From NCBI GenBank assembly GCA_963810095.1, contig CAWEMM010000006.1, positions 448,001 through 512,000 of the forward strand: DNA of 64,000 nt, written 5' to 3'. Positions 39,685 to 49,210 of this stretch are shown here, piece after piece; the stretch's first letter is position 1; the number at the start of each line of letters is the position of its first letter. A model generated the notes under the pieces. The model saw nothing but the letters and a program-made list of their open reading frames with translations. It was not told where the DNA came from and did no database searches. This stretch comes from an uncultured Chloroflexia bacterium (GTDB lineage: Bacteria > Chloroflexota > Anaerolineae > CG2-30-64-16). The translations under genes were made by a program, and so were the position numbers.

Positions 39685-40863
39685 TCAGGCGGGCGCCGCC
39701 CACACGCCGGTCAAGGGGTCAGGCGCCCAACCTTCCACGGCCAAGGGATGCTGCGCCCAGCCCGCCTCGATGCGAGCCGCAGTCTCGTCCCACGACCGGA
39801 CGCCGCTCAGCGTGTCCGCGGCCTCCACGTTGCACGCACCCACCGCGACCGCCATACGGGCGGCCTGTCGGGCGGGAAGGCCGCGCAGAAGTGCAGCCAG
39901 GAAGCCGGCGATCGTGCAATCGCCCGATCCGTTCGTGCCGACGACCTGCACCTTGAAGCACGGCGCCCAGACTTCCTGGTTGGCCCAGCCGTCAAGGTCC
40001 GTGGGCCGGGCGTTCCCCATGCGGGCCAGGCAGCCGGCATCTGCCGTGCGCAAGTAGAAACCCTTGTGCCCCAGCTTGATGCCGGCGACGGCCACGCCCA
40101 GGCTCAGCAGCTCGTCGCTCAGGTCGTGCAGGAGAGCGGGGGTTGCCGCGTTGAGCAGCTGCCCGCCCGTCTCGGCGGCGAGCCGGTCGTGCTGGGGCCG
40201 GCGCAGCATGAACAGCAGTTCTTCGAAGCTGGGCAGGAATACGTCCACGTGCGGCAGCGTCCGCTGGAGGATACGAGGCCAATTCGCCCGGCCGGCCGGC
40301 GAGTTAGGGTCGGGCGCGGCCATGTCGAGCGAGGTCGTCGCACCGGCGGCTTTTGCCCGGCGGTACATTTCTTCGAGCTCCGCGCCGTCGTTCGCGTACA
40401 TCCTCGCCATGAGCGGAGGGTAGCCGAAATGGAAGAGGCTCGCCGCGCCGACCACGTTGTAGCGGACATCTTCAGCGGAAAACGTGTCGTTGGCGCCCGG
40501 ATAGTGCAGGAACGAGCGGTCGATGCCGGGCGGGCTGATGACGACCGTGTAGGACGAATGCACTGCCTGGTCGATGATCATGCCGGCCGCGGGGCCCCGG
40601 CCGCTGCGGACAAGGATTTGGCGGATCAACTCGCCGATGAAGTCGTCGCCGACCTTGCCCATGATGCGAACGTCGATGCCCAGCCGGTGCATGGCGAGGC
40701 CGGTGTTTGACGCGGCGCCTCCCGTGCCGAACAGTGCCGGGCCGACAGCCGTGAGATGGCCTGGCTGGAAGCTGGCGCGAAAGTCCTCGGCCGAGCCGCC
40801 GATCTGCGGGATGATATCGAGGCAGATGTGACCTGCGACGACCGCGGACAGATTCCTCGCCAT
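39685..40863 (-). CDS. PfkB family carbohydrate kinase
   Basis: TGGAASNTGLAMHRLG, GKVGDD, GTNGSGDCTIAGFL. Confidence 0.9.
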   Translation of the reverse strand: MARNLSAVVAGHICLDIIPQIGGSAEDFRASFQPGHLTAVGPALFGTGGAASNTGLAMHRLGIDVRIMGKVGDDFIGELIRQILVRSGRGPAAGMIIDQAVHSSYTVVISPPGIDRSFLHYPGANDTFSAEDVRYNVVGAASLFHFGYPPLMARMYANDGAELEEMYRRAKAAGATTSLDMAAPDPNSPAGRANWPRILQRTLPHVDVFLPSFEELLFMLRRPQHDRLAAETGGQLLNAATPALLHDLSDELLSLGVAVAGIKLGHKGFYLRTADAGCLARMGNARPTDLDGWANQEVWAPCFKVQVVGTNGSGDCTIAGFLAALLRGLPARQAARMAVAVGACNVEAADTLSGVRSWDETAARIEAGWAQHPLAVEGWAPDPLTGVWAAPA

Positions 40864-40873
40864 CCTCGAACCT

Positions 40874-41983
40874 CTAGCTCAATCCTGCCAGTTCCCGCAC
40901 CGTGTCGATGTAGGCCACGATGTTTGCCGTGGGCACGTCGTCGAGCATCGTGTGTGAGCTCTGCAAGATGTAGCCACCGCCCTTCCCCATCAGCGCGGCC
41001 ATGCGGCGGATCTCCGCGCAGACCTGCTCGGGCGTCCCAAACGGCAGCAGCTCCGTTACGTCAATCCCGCCGTAAAAGCAAATCCTGTCGCCCCACGCCT
41101 GCTTCGTTTCGGCCGGCTCCATGATCGTGGGCGACAGTGGGTTGAACACCTGCATCCCGATCTCGACCAGGTCGGGGAAGAGGCCGGCCACCCGGCCGTC
41201 CGAGTGCTGCCCCACCACCGCGCCGGCCTTACGCACGCGCTCGTACATCAGCGCGATGCGCGGCTTGATGAAGCGCCGCCACAGCCGCGGGCTGAACAGG
41301 AGTGAGCTTTCGCTGCCCCAATCCTCGGCAAAGTAGAAGCCGTCGACGCCAAGCGCAAGCTGCTGGTCAATGATGGGCAGGTTCCACTCATACAGAATGC
41401 GGTCGAGCAGCGCCTCCACGAAGGCAGGCCGCTCGATCATGTCCACGAGCACCTTGTCCATCCCCCGGATGCTCCACGCCCGCTCGAAGAGGCACATGCC
41501 GAGCTTACCGAATACAAACAGGTCTCCCCGGTACCGGTCGGCCAGGGCTCGGGCGGAATCGAAGCGGCCCGCATGATACGGGTCGGGCATCTGGTAGGCG
41601 GCCAGCGCGCGCTCGAGGTCCTCGTCTGCGACGTCGCCCAAGGGATAGGCGACGGGATGCGGGAGGCTGCCCCGGCGGTCCCACACGCACCCGAACTCGT
41701 CCGTGTGCAGGTGGCCCTCCCGCTCGTCGGCCTCCGTGTGCACCGGCCCGCCGCTGGGGGTCAGCTCCACCTTGCCGACATCCGCCGCCCAGGGGTTGTA
41801 GTTGAAGTCGGAGCCGACCTTGACGATGTGCTGGCCGATGAAGGCCATCGCCGCATGATGGTCGGGCAGGCCGTAATAGTCGCAGATGCGCTGCCACACC
41901 GCGGGGACCGCGTGGAGGCAGTAGGGGACGTAGTCCGTCTCTTCGTGACAGATGGCGGCCAAGACGCGCTCGCGTTTGTTCAT
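40874..41983 (-). CDS. Uroporphyrinogen decarboxylase / MtaA-CmuA family protein
   Basis: MNKRERV, DEFG, FERAWSIRG, EDWG, HSDG, FYGGID, GGYILQSSH. Confidence 0.85.
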   Translation of the reverse strand: MNKRERVLAAICHEETDYVPYCLHAVPAVWQRICDYYGLPDHHAAMAFIGQHIVKVGSDFNYNPWAADVGKVELTPSGGPVHTEADEREGHLHTDEFGCVWDRRGSLPHPVAYPLGDVADEDLERALAAYQMPDPYHAGRFDSARALADRYRGDLFVFGKLGMCLFERAWSIRGMDKVLVDMIERPAFVEALLDRILYEWNLPIIDQQLALGVDGFYFAEDWGSESSLLFSPRLWRRFIKPRIALMYERVRKAGAVVGQHSDGRVAGLFPDLVEIGMQVFNPLSPTIMEPAETKQAWGDRICFYGGIDVTELLPFGTPEQVCAEIRRMAALMGKGGGYILQSSHTMLDDVPTANIVAYIDTVRELAGLS

Positions 41984-41999
41984 CGTGCAAGCCTTTCGA

Positions 42000-42078
42000 A
42001 CCACAAAGACACGAAGACACAAAGACGCGGAGAGCTCCAGTAGCCTTTGTGCGCGTCGTGTCTTTGTGCCTTTGTGGT
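42000..42078. repeat. Palindromic intergenic element (CACAAAG, 8-nt period)
   Basis: ACCACAAAGACACGAAGACACAAAG...GTGTCTTTGTGCCTTTGTGGT. Confidence 0.8.
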
Positions 42079-42082
42079 GAAG

Positions 42083-43108
42083 CTACGGCTGGTACCGTCC
42101 GTACTCGCGGAAGGCTTCGTACATGGCGACGATGTTCTCGAGCGGCACGTCGGGACCCACCTCGCCGCATGCAATGATGCCGCCGTCGGGCGTGCCGCAC
42201 GCTTCGAAGACCCGCTGCACTTCTTCCTTCACCTGGGCCGGCGAGCCGAACGGCATCACGTGCTGCCGGTCGATGTCTGTGCGGAAGGCGACCTTGCCGC
42301 GCACGTTCTGGGCCACCCAGTCCAGGCCCACCACCTTAACCTGGCTATTGATGACGTCCACGCCGGCCTCGATCAAGTCGCCGAAGATGTCGTTAATGTG
42401 GCCGTCGGTGTGGAACCAGACGTGCATGCCCGCCTGGTGCACCTTTCGGAACATCTCCGCGTAGCGCGGCTTGAACAGCTTGCGCCAGAGCGCGGGCCGG
42501 ATCATCAGCCGGCTTTGCTCGCCCCAGTCGTCGGCGAAGTGCAGCCCCTCATACTCCATGCTCGTCCACTTGTCGATCCAACGCAGGTTGAACGCCAGCA
42601 TGTCGTCCATCAGCCGCTCGAGCTCGGCGGGCGGATCGGCGAAGTCCATCATCAGGTTCGCCATGCCGCGCAGCTGCTGGAGCTGCTCGAAATACGTGAT
42701 CCACGCGCCGCGGGCGTACCAGCGGTCGTCGAAGCCGCACATGTGGCCGCTGTACTGCCTGCCCGACGGCGGACCGGCGGTAAAATCCTCCGGCCAGCGG
42801 TACTCATTGTACTGGCCCAGGTCGGCCAACGGCCATTTGACGGGAATCCCGCAGATGCCGAGCCACTCGCTGTACCAGACCGTGCCGAAGTCGTCGGCGT
42901 TGTAGCCCTGCTTGTAGAGCGCGGGGAACTTCTCGACCGGCAAGTCGTGCATGTAATCCCAGCCGAAGTCCTCGCGAAACTCGGCCAGGATTTCGGCCAG
43001 GGCCTCGCCGTACTTGATCTGAGCGGCGGGCAGGACGGCATGCGAGATCGGGGCCCGGTCAGGGCGCTGGAACTTGACGGCACGGTTCACACGTTCGCGG
43101 CTGTTCAT
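42083..43108 (-). CDS. Uroporphyrinogen decarboxylase / MtaA-CmuA family protein
   Basis: MNSRERV, DDFG, ADDWG, FHTDG, DIDRQHVMPFG. Confidence 0.85.
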   Translation of the reverse strand: MNSRERVNRAVKFQRPDRAPISHAVLPAAQIKYGEALAEILAEFREDFGWDYMHDLPVEKFPALYKQGYNADDFGTVWYSEWLGICGIPVKWPLADLGQYNEYRWPEDFTAGPPSGRQYSGHMCGFDDRWYARGAWITYFEQLQQLRGMANLMMDFADPPAELERLMDDMLAFNLRWIDKWTSMEYEGLHFADDWGEQSRLMIRPALWRKLFKPRYAEMFRKVHQAGMHVWFHTDGHINDIFGDLIEAGVDVINSQVKVVGLDWVAQNVRGKVAFRTDIDRQHVMPFGSPAQVKEEVQRVFEACGTPDGGIIACGEVGPDVPLENIVAMYEAFREYGRYQP

Positions 43109-43122
43109 AGTGCTCCCTCGAT

Positions 43123-43190
43123 ACCGCAAAGCCACAAAGACACGCAGATGGCCGGCCTGTTGAACCCTTGTGTCTTTGTGTCTTTGTGTT
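43123..43190. repeat. Palindromic intergenic element (CACAAAG, 8-nt period)
   Basis: ACCGCAAAGCCACAAAGACAC...GTGTCTTTGTGTCTTTGTG. Confidence 0.75.
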
Positions 43191-43195
43191 TCAAA

Positions 43196-44254
43196 CTAGG
43201 CCGTATAGCGGCCGTACTTCTTGCCGGCTTCGAACATGCGTAGAATGTTCTCGATTGGGATACCGTCGTGCAGGGAATGGTCGGAGGCCAGGATATAGCC
43301 CCCACCCGCGCCGGCGTCAGCGATGGCCTCCCGCACTTCCGCCTCGACCTCGTCGGGCGTGCCATACGGCAGCGTGCGTGACGAGTCGATGTTTCCGACG
43401 ATGGCGAAACGCTTCCCGTACGTTTCCTTGAACCACTTAAGGTCCATCCCCGCGGTCCGCTGCAGCGGGTGAACCGAGGTCACCTTGGTCTGCGCGATGT
43501 CGGGCAGATAGTCCGTGATGCAGCCGCACGCATGGAGCAAAACCGGCACCCCCAGGCTCGCCACGTACTCGACCAGCTCGACGAACGGCGGCAGAATGTA
43601 CTTGCGGTAGTGGGGCAGGCGGAAGAAACCGCGCGACGAGTCGCCCAGGTCCTCGCTGACCCAAATGCCCACGCACCCCGCCTCGACCGACAGCCGCGCC
43701 GCTTCCTTGAAGAACTCGTTGGAGATTCGGAAGACGTCGGTGAGAAGCTGCGGGTCGTCGTACAGCGCGAACGAGATATTCTCGTACCCCATGAGTAGCC
43801 ACGCCGTGGTCAGCGGGCCCTGCACACCCCCGAGCAGTGCGATATGGTCGTTCTCCATATCGCGGGCCGCCACGATCTCGGCCGTGCGGCCGGCCAACGA
43901 CGGATCGGGCGACACGTAGCCCTTGAGGTCGTCCCGGCGCTTGATCGGATAATCGATCGGCGCATCGATGGGCCAGGACGAGGGCTCCTTCTGATACGTC
44001 GTGCCCCATTCGTCAAGGTACACGTTGGCGCTCAGGTACTTGGGCTGGTAGCCGGAGAACCCGCCGAACGGCAGCCATACGCCGTCGTGGTCGAGCGCAA
44101 GCGCGCACTTGACCGCGTCGACGCCATTATACCCGCCCGGCCGGTGACCAATCAATGCCTCGTACAACGGCTCCTGGAACAAGAAGTCGAACATAGGCAC
44201 CCGGTCGGGCTGCTGGAGATGGAGGGCAGCCAGAAATCGCTCTTGTCGGTTCAT
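43196..44254 (-). CDS. Uroporphyrinogen decarboxylase / MtaA-CmuA family protein
   Basis: QPDRVP, DEWG, SEDLG, LHACG, GNID, GGYILASDH. Confidence 0.85.
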   Translation of the reverse strand: MNRQERFLAALHLQQPDRVPMFDFLFQEPLYEALIGHRPGGYNGVDAVKCALALDHDGVWLPFGGFSGYQPKYLSANVYLDEWGTTYQKEPSSWPIDAPIDYPIKRRDDLKGYVSPDPSLAGRTAEIVAARDMENDHIALLGGVQGPLTTAWLLMGYENISFALYDDPQLLTDVFRISNEFFKEAARLSVEAGCVGIWVSEDLGDSSRGFFRLPHYRKYILPPFVELVEYVASLGVPVLLHACGCITDYLPDIAQTKVTSVHPLQRTAGMDLKWFKETYGKRFAIVGNIDSSRTLPYGTPDEVEAEVREAIADAGAGGGYILASDHSLHDGIPIENILRMFEAGKKYGRYTA

Positions 44255-45283
44255 ACTGCGCTCTGCTTTCGTTTCATAAATGCCGGCAGATGGAGGCCCT
44301 GCCCCTTCAGCGTCATGTCGAGGAGGACCGCGAAGATGAGGACGATGCCCTGGAAAACGTACTGGTAGAAGGTGTGAACGCCCAGCAGGTTCAGCCCGTT
44401 CGTGAGCACGCCCACGATGAGTGCGCCGATGACCGTGCCGAAGACCGAGCCTTCGCCGCCCGCCAGGCTGGTGCCGCCCAGGATCACCGCGACGATCACG
44501 TCAAACTCAAAGCCAAAGCCAACGTCTGGCTGGCCCGAAGCCAGGCGCGAGGCCATGATCAGGCCGGCGACGCCGGTCATCAGGCCCACCAGTGCGTAGA
44601 GCGTAAACTGAACGCGATTTACGGGCACGCCCGAGAGCCGGGCCGTTTCCTTGTTGCCGCCAATCGCGAACGTGTACTTGCCGAGCAGCGTGTGGTGCAG
44701 CAGGAAGTGGAAGACGACTGCGACGACCAGCATGATGATGACGGGCGTCGGAATCGGGCCCAGGTACGAGCGGCCCATCAACCGGAAGTCGGGCGGCAGG
44801 CCGGTGACCACCGCGCGGCCGCCGCTGATCAGGAAGGCGAGGCCGCGGGCGACGTTCATCGTGCCGAGCGTTGCAATCACAGGCGTGATCTTCAAGATTG
44901 ACGATGAGGAAGCCGTTGATGAGGCCGATCATCAGCCCGCTGCCCACGCCGAGCACGATGGCGGCCCACAGGGGATAGCCCGTGGTGGCTAGCTTGGCCG
45001 CCACGACGCCGGATAGGGCCAGCACACCGCCGACCGAAATATCGAGACCGCCGCTGATCATGACCATGGTCGCCGCACTGGCCGCGATGATAACCATCGC
45101 GGTCTGGCGCAGCACATTCGTCAGGTTCGTGACCGTGGGGAACTTGGTCGGGGCCAGCAGCGACATGACGACCATCAGCAGGACGAGCACGCCCAAAATG
45201 ACGAGCCGTTGGATCAGATCGGAGTCTAGCCGGCGGCCGCCCCGCCGCTTATCCGCCCTGGCGTTGGTGGTGACTTGTTGCAT
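44251..45283 (-). CDS. Sugar ABC transporter permease, RbsC-like (frameshift near 44895)
   Basis: SGGLDISVG; AIGGNKETARLSG; IVAVILGGTSLAGGEG. Confidence 0.88.
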
Positions 45284-45362
45284 TCGCCTGTCTCCTCAAG
45301 CGGCGCAGGGCCGCCGGTGGTTTGTCGGGTGTCGAGCGGTCACCGCCGCACACCCCCTCGGT

Positions 45363-46863
45363 TTACACGTCCGTCGAGGCGCCCGCCGCAAAGGCGAGGA
45401 TCTTCTCCTGTGTGGCCTCAGCCCGCGGCAGATCCGCGACGATCCGCCCCCGATTCATCACGAGAATGCGGTCGCTCATGCTCAACAGCTCTTCCATTTC
45501 CGACGAGAACATGAGCACTGCCTTCCCCTCGCACGCCAGTTGATCCATAAGCGCGAAAATCTCCGCCTTGGCGCCCACGTCGATGCCGCGCGTCGGTTCG
45601 TCGAGAAGCAGCACCCGCGAATCGGTCGCCAGCCAACGGGCGACTACGCACTTCTGCTGGTTGCCGCCGCTGAGGTTGCGCACCTTCTGACGAATGGTAG
45701 GCGTCTTAATCCGCAAGCTCTCGACGAACTTCTGGCCGAGTGAACGAGAACGCCGCGAACTGACCACACCGAACTGGGCAATCTTGCGGGGTGCAGCCAA
45801 ACCGATATTCTCTTCCACCGTCATCGCGCCGACAATGCCTTGGGTCCGCCGCTCTTCGGGCACCAGGCCCACGCCCTTCGCGGATCGCGACACGGGGCGT
45901 CCGAGGCAGTACCCGTTGCCCGCCAATCCACATCTCGCCCGCCTCTGCCGGGTCAGCGCCAAAAATCAGGCGCGCCAGCTCGGTGCGCCCGGCGCCGGCC
46001 AATCCGGCCACGCCGACGATTTCGCCGGCCTTGACGGTAAGCGTGATGTCGCGCAGCGCGCTGCCGCGCGAGACGTTTTTCAGCACCAGCAGTGGATCAC
46101 CAAGCGTGCGGTTCGAGGCGCGTTCGGTAATGGTTAGCTCGCGGCCGACCATCAGCCGCACGAGGCCGGCCGGCGTGATGTCCTTTATGTTGCCGGTCTG
46201 AATATGCCTGCCGTCGCGCAGCACGGTGAACCTGTCGCCAATGTTGAAGATCTCGGCCAGCCGGTGAGAGACGTAAACGATGGTCACACCCTGTTCGCGC
46301 AGCCGGGCAATGATGGCAAATAGCGTCTCGAGCTCATGCTCGGTTAGCGGCGCTGACGGCTCATCCATAACGATGACCGAGGCGTTCGTCGACAGTGCGC
46401 GCGCAATCTCGACCATCTGCTTTTGCGCCACGCTGAGGTGGCCCATGGGCGTGCGTGGATCGAGATCGAGACCCAGGCGCGCCAGGTGCTCGAGCGCCGC
46501 AGCGCCCTCCGCCTTGCGATTCCAGCTGCTGCCGTTCCGCTCCTGACCCAACGTCAAATTGTCGGACACTGTGAGCTGGTTGACGACGTTCAGCTCCTGG
46601 TAAATAAAACTCAGCCCGAGCAGCTGGGCCTGATGTGGGCTCCGAATAACGACGGGCTTGCCGTTAAGCTCGATCTGGCCGGAGTCTGACTGCTGCGCGC
46701 CCGCCAGGATCTTAATCAGGGTGGACTTGCCGGCGCCGTTCTCCCCCACCAGGCAGTGCACCTCACCTCGGCGCACGTCGAAGCTGACGTCGTCCAGGGC
46801 AACAACGCCGGGATAGGTCTTGGTAAGGTGTTGGAACGAGAGAACCGATGGTTGTTCGACCAT
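45363..46863 (-). CDS. Sugar ABC transporter ATP-binding protein, RbsA-like (frameshift near 45880)
   Basis: GENGAGKST, MDEPSA, LSGGNQQK, DEPTRGIDVGAK. Confidence 0.9.
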
Positions 46864-46880
46864 AATGGCTCCAGAGCGCT

Positions 46881-46950
46881 GCCACAGAGGTCACAGGGAC
46901 AACAGAGGCGGATGGTCCGCTGCTCCGAAAACCCTGTGGCCCCTGTGACC
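46881..46950. repeat. Palindromic intergenic element (CACAGAG, 9-nt period)
   Basis: GCCACAGAGGTCACAGGGACAACAGAGG...CCCTGTGGCCCCTGTGACC. Confidence 0.65.
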
Positions 46951-46960
46951 AAGAGGTCCC

Positions 46961-49060
46961 TTACTTCGCGTACTGGCTCAAGTCGGTCTTGGACAGATAT
47001 TGCTCGGCCAGGAACTTGTTCAGGTAAGTGATGTCGTCCGGGGTCAGCACCTCGGCGCCGATCCCCACGTCGGAGTTCTTGTCCATGGCGCGGGTGCCAG
47101 ACAACACCTCGGCCATCGTGTCGACGGTCGCACGGGCCAGTTCACGGGGCCGGTTGGCCACCGCGAGCTTGAGGCCGCTCTTCGGGTTGACAAGCTCGAT
47201 CAGCTCGGGCTCGGACCCGTCGTGGCTCACCAGGAACACGTCCTTGTTCGTGCCGCGGTTCGCGCCCTGCAGCGCGGCCAGCGCACCGAGCGCCGAGTCG
47301 CCGTTGCCGCCGTAGATCACGTTCACTTCGGGGTTCTTCTGCAGCAGGTCTTCTGTGGCGGCCAGCGCCTTGTCGCGCGAGCACTTGCCGTCGACGCGCG
47401 CCACGACCTTGGCCTTCGCATCGGTCGCGGTGAAGCCCTTGATGAAGCCATCGGCCCGATCCACGACGGCCTGCGTCGCGGGGCACTCGACCGTGGCGAT
47501 CATCGCCTGTGTGTCAGCGCCGAAAGTGGCATGGAACCGCTTCGCGGCCTCGATGCCGGCCTTCTCGGTGGCCTCACCTTCGGGGATGCCGACGAACGGC
47601 GCCTGTGCGCCCTCTCCGTGGCGGATGGCAAACGTGACGACCGGGATGCCGGCCTTCTGCGCTTCCTCGATCGACGGCACAGCCGCCGCGGGGTCGAGCA
47701 ATGCGAAGACAATGCCGTCGACCTTCTGCGCGATCAGGTCTTCCATCGCGCTCGCCATCACGGCTGCGTCCATCTTGCCGTCGCGCTCGACCAACTCGAG
47801 CCCGATTTCCTTGGCGTAATCCTCGACATGCTTCGAGTGCGCCTGGTAGTACGGATGCTCGAGGGTCAGGTAGATGTAGCCCAGTTTCTTGCCCTTCCAG
47901 TCGAAAGCAGCGGGCTTCGGCGCGGCTGCCGCGCTGCCGGCATACTTGGTCAGGTCGGTCGTCGACAGATATTGCTCGGCGAGGAACTTGTTCAGGTACT
48001 CGATGTTGTCGGGGGTGAGCACCTCGGCGGGAATGCGGACCTCAGAGTCCTTGTCCATCGCCCGCTTGCCCTGGATGGTCTCGACAAGGGTGTCGACCGT
48101 GGCGCGGGCCAGTGCTTTGGGGCGGTTGGCAACCGAGAGCTTAAGGCCGCTGGTCGGGTTGACAAGCTCGATCAGCTCGGGCTCCGAGCCGTCGTGGCTG
48201 ACCAGGAAGACGTCCTTGCTGGTGCCGCGGTTCGCACCCTGCAGCGCGGCCAGCGCACCGAGTGCCGAATCGCCGTTGCCGCCGTAGATCACGTTGACTT
48301 CGGGGTTCTTCTGCAGCAGGTCTTCCGAGGCGGCGAGCGCCTTGTCACGCGCACACTGGCCGTCGACGCGGGCCACGACCTTGGCCTTCGCATCGGTCTC
48401 GGTGAAGCCCTTGATGAAGCCGTCGGCCCGATCCACTACCTGCTGGATGGCAGGGCACTCGACCGTGGCGATCATCGCTTGCGTATCCGCGCCGAACGCG
48501 GCATGGAACCGCTTCGCGGCCTCGATGCCGGCCTTCTCAGTGGCCTCGGCCTCTGGGATACCCACGAACGGCGCATTAGCTTCCTCGCCATGATGAATGG
48601 CAAAGGTCACAACCGGAATGCCGGCCTTCTGCGCTTCCTGGATGGCGGGCACGCTCGCCGCTTCGTCAGCCAGGCAGAAGACAATGCCGTCGACCTTCTG
48701 TGCAATCAGGTCTTCCATCGCGCTCGCCTGCACGGCGGCGTCCTGTTTGCCGTCGCGCTCGATCAGCGTGAAGCCGAGTTCCTTGGCGTAGTCCTGCACG
48801 TGCTTCGAGTGCGCCTGGTAGTACGGGTGCTCGAGGGTCAGGTAGATGTAGCCGATCTTCAGATCTTTGACCTCCTTGCCGGTCGCTGCAGCGGCTTCGG
48901 CAACCACGGTCGCTGCGGGAGCAGCTTCCGGGGCCTTCGTCGCTGCAGGCGCCTGCGTGGGCGCGGGGGTGGGTGCGGGCGCGGCGGCTGGGGCGCAGGC
49001 CGCCACGACGCCTAAGAGGATCACCAGCAAGAGGGTGACCAGGGCCTTTGAGCTAGACAT
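46961..49060 (-). CDS. Sugar-binding lipoprotein with two tandem periplasmic-binding domains
   Basis: VAAC lipobox, Ala/Pro linker, two units starting K(I/L)GYIYLTLEHPYYQAHSKHV (period ~972 bp). Confidence 0.9.
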   Translation of the reverse strand: MSSSKALVTLLLVILLGVVAACAPAAAPAPTPAPTQAPAATKAPEAAPAATVVAEAAAATGKEVKDLKIGYIYLTLEHPYYQAHSKHVQDYAKELGFTLIERDGKQDAAVQASAMEDLIAQKVDGIVFCLADEAASVPAIQEAQKAGIPVVTFAIHHGEEANAPFVGIPEAEATEKAGIEAAKRFHAAFGADTQAMIATVECPAIQQVVDRADGFIKGFTETDAKAKVVARVDGQCARDKALAASEDLLQKNPEVNVIYGGNGDSALGALAALQGANRGTSKDVFLVSHDGSEPELIELVNPTSGLKLSVANRPKALARATVDTLVETIQGKRAMDKDSEVRIPAEVLTPDNIEYLNKFLAEQYLSTTDLTKYAGSAAAAPKPAAFDWKGKKLGYIYLTLEHPYYQAHSKHVEDYAKEIGLELVERDGKMDAAVMASAMEDLIAQKVDGIVFALLDPAAAVPSIEEAQKAGIPVVTFAIRHGEGAQAPFVGIPEGEATEKAGIEAAKRFHATFGADTQAMIATVECPATQAVVDRADGFIKGFTATDAKAKVVARVDGKCSRDKALAATEDLLQKNPEVNVIYGGNGDSALGALAALQGANRGTNKDVFLVSHDGSEPELIELVNPKSGLKLAVANRPRELARATVDTMAEVLSGTRAMDKNSDVGIGAEVLTPDDITYLNKFLAEQYLSKTDLSQYAK

Positions 49061-49210
49061 TGTGCTTCCTCCTATGACATGCTGTGTCCGAGTACGTCGC
49101 TGTAGGGTGCATGGGGGTGCTGTGAAGCTCGATTGCACGCCATGCGGGCATACGGGCGGTGACCCCTGGGACAGCCGTTATTCCTCCCGCCGCCGGTGTC
49201 GACGACTGTT

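Noticed and set aside
42000-43190. Short periodic repeats as a CRISPR array
   Set aside because: Units are 8-9 nt arranged as palindromic arms with no unique spacers of constant length; no cas genes in the window.
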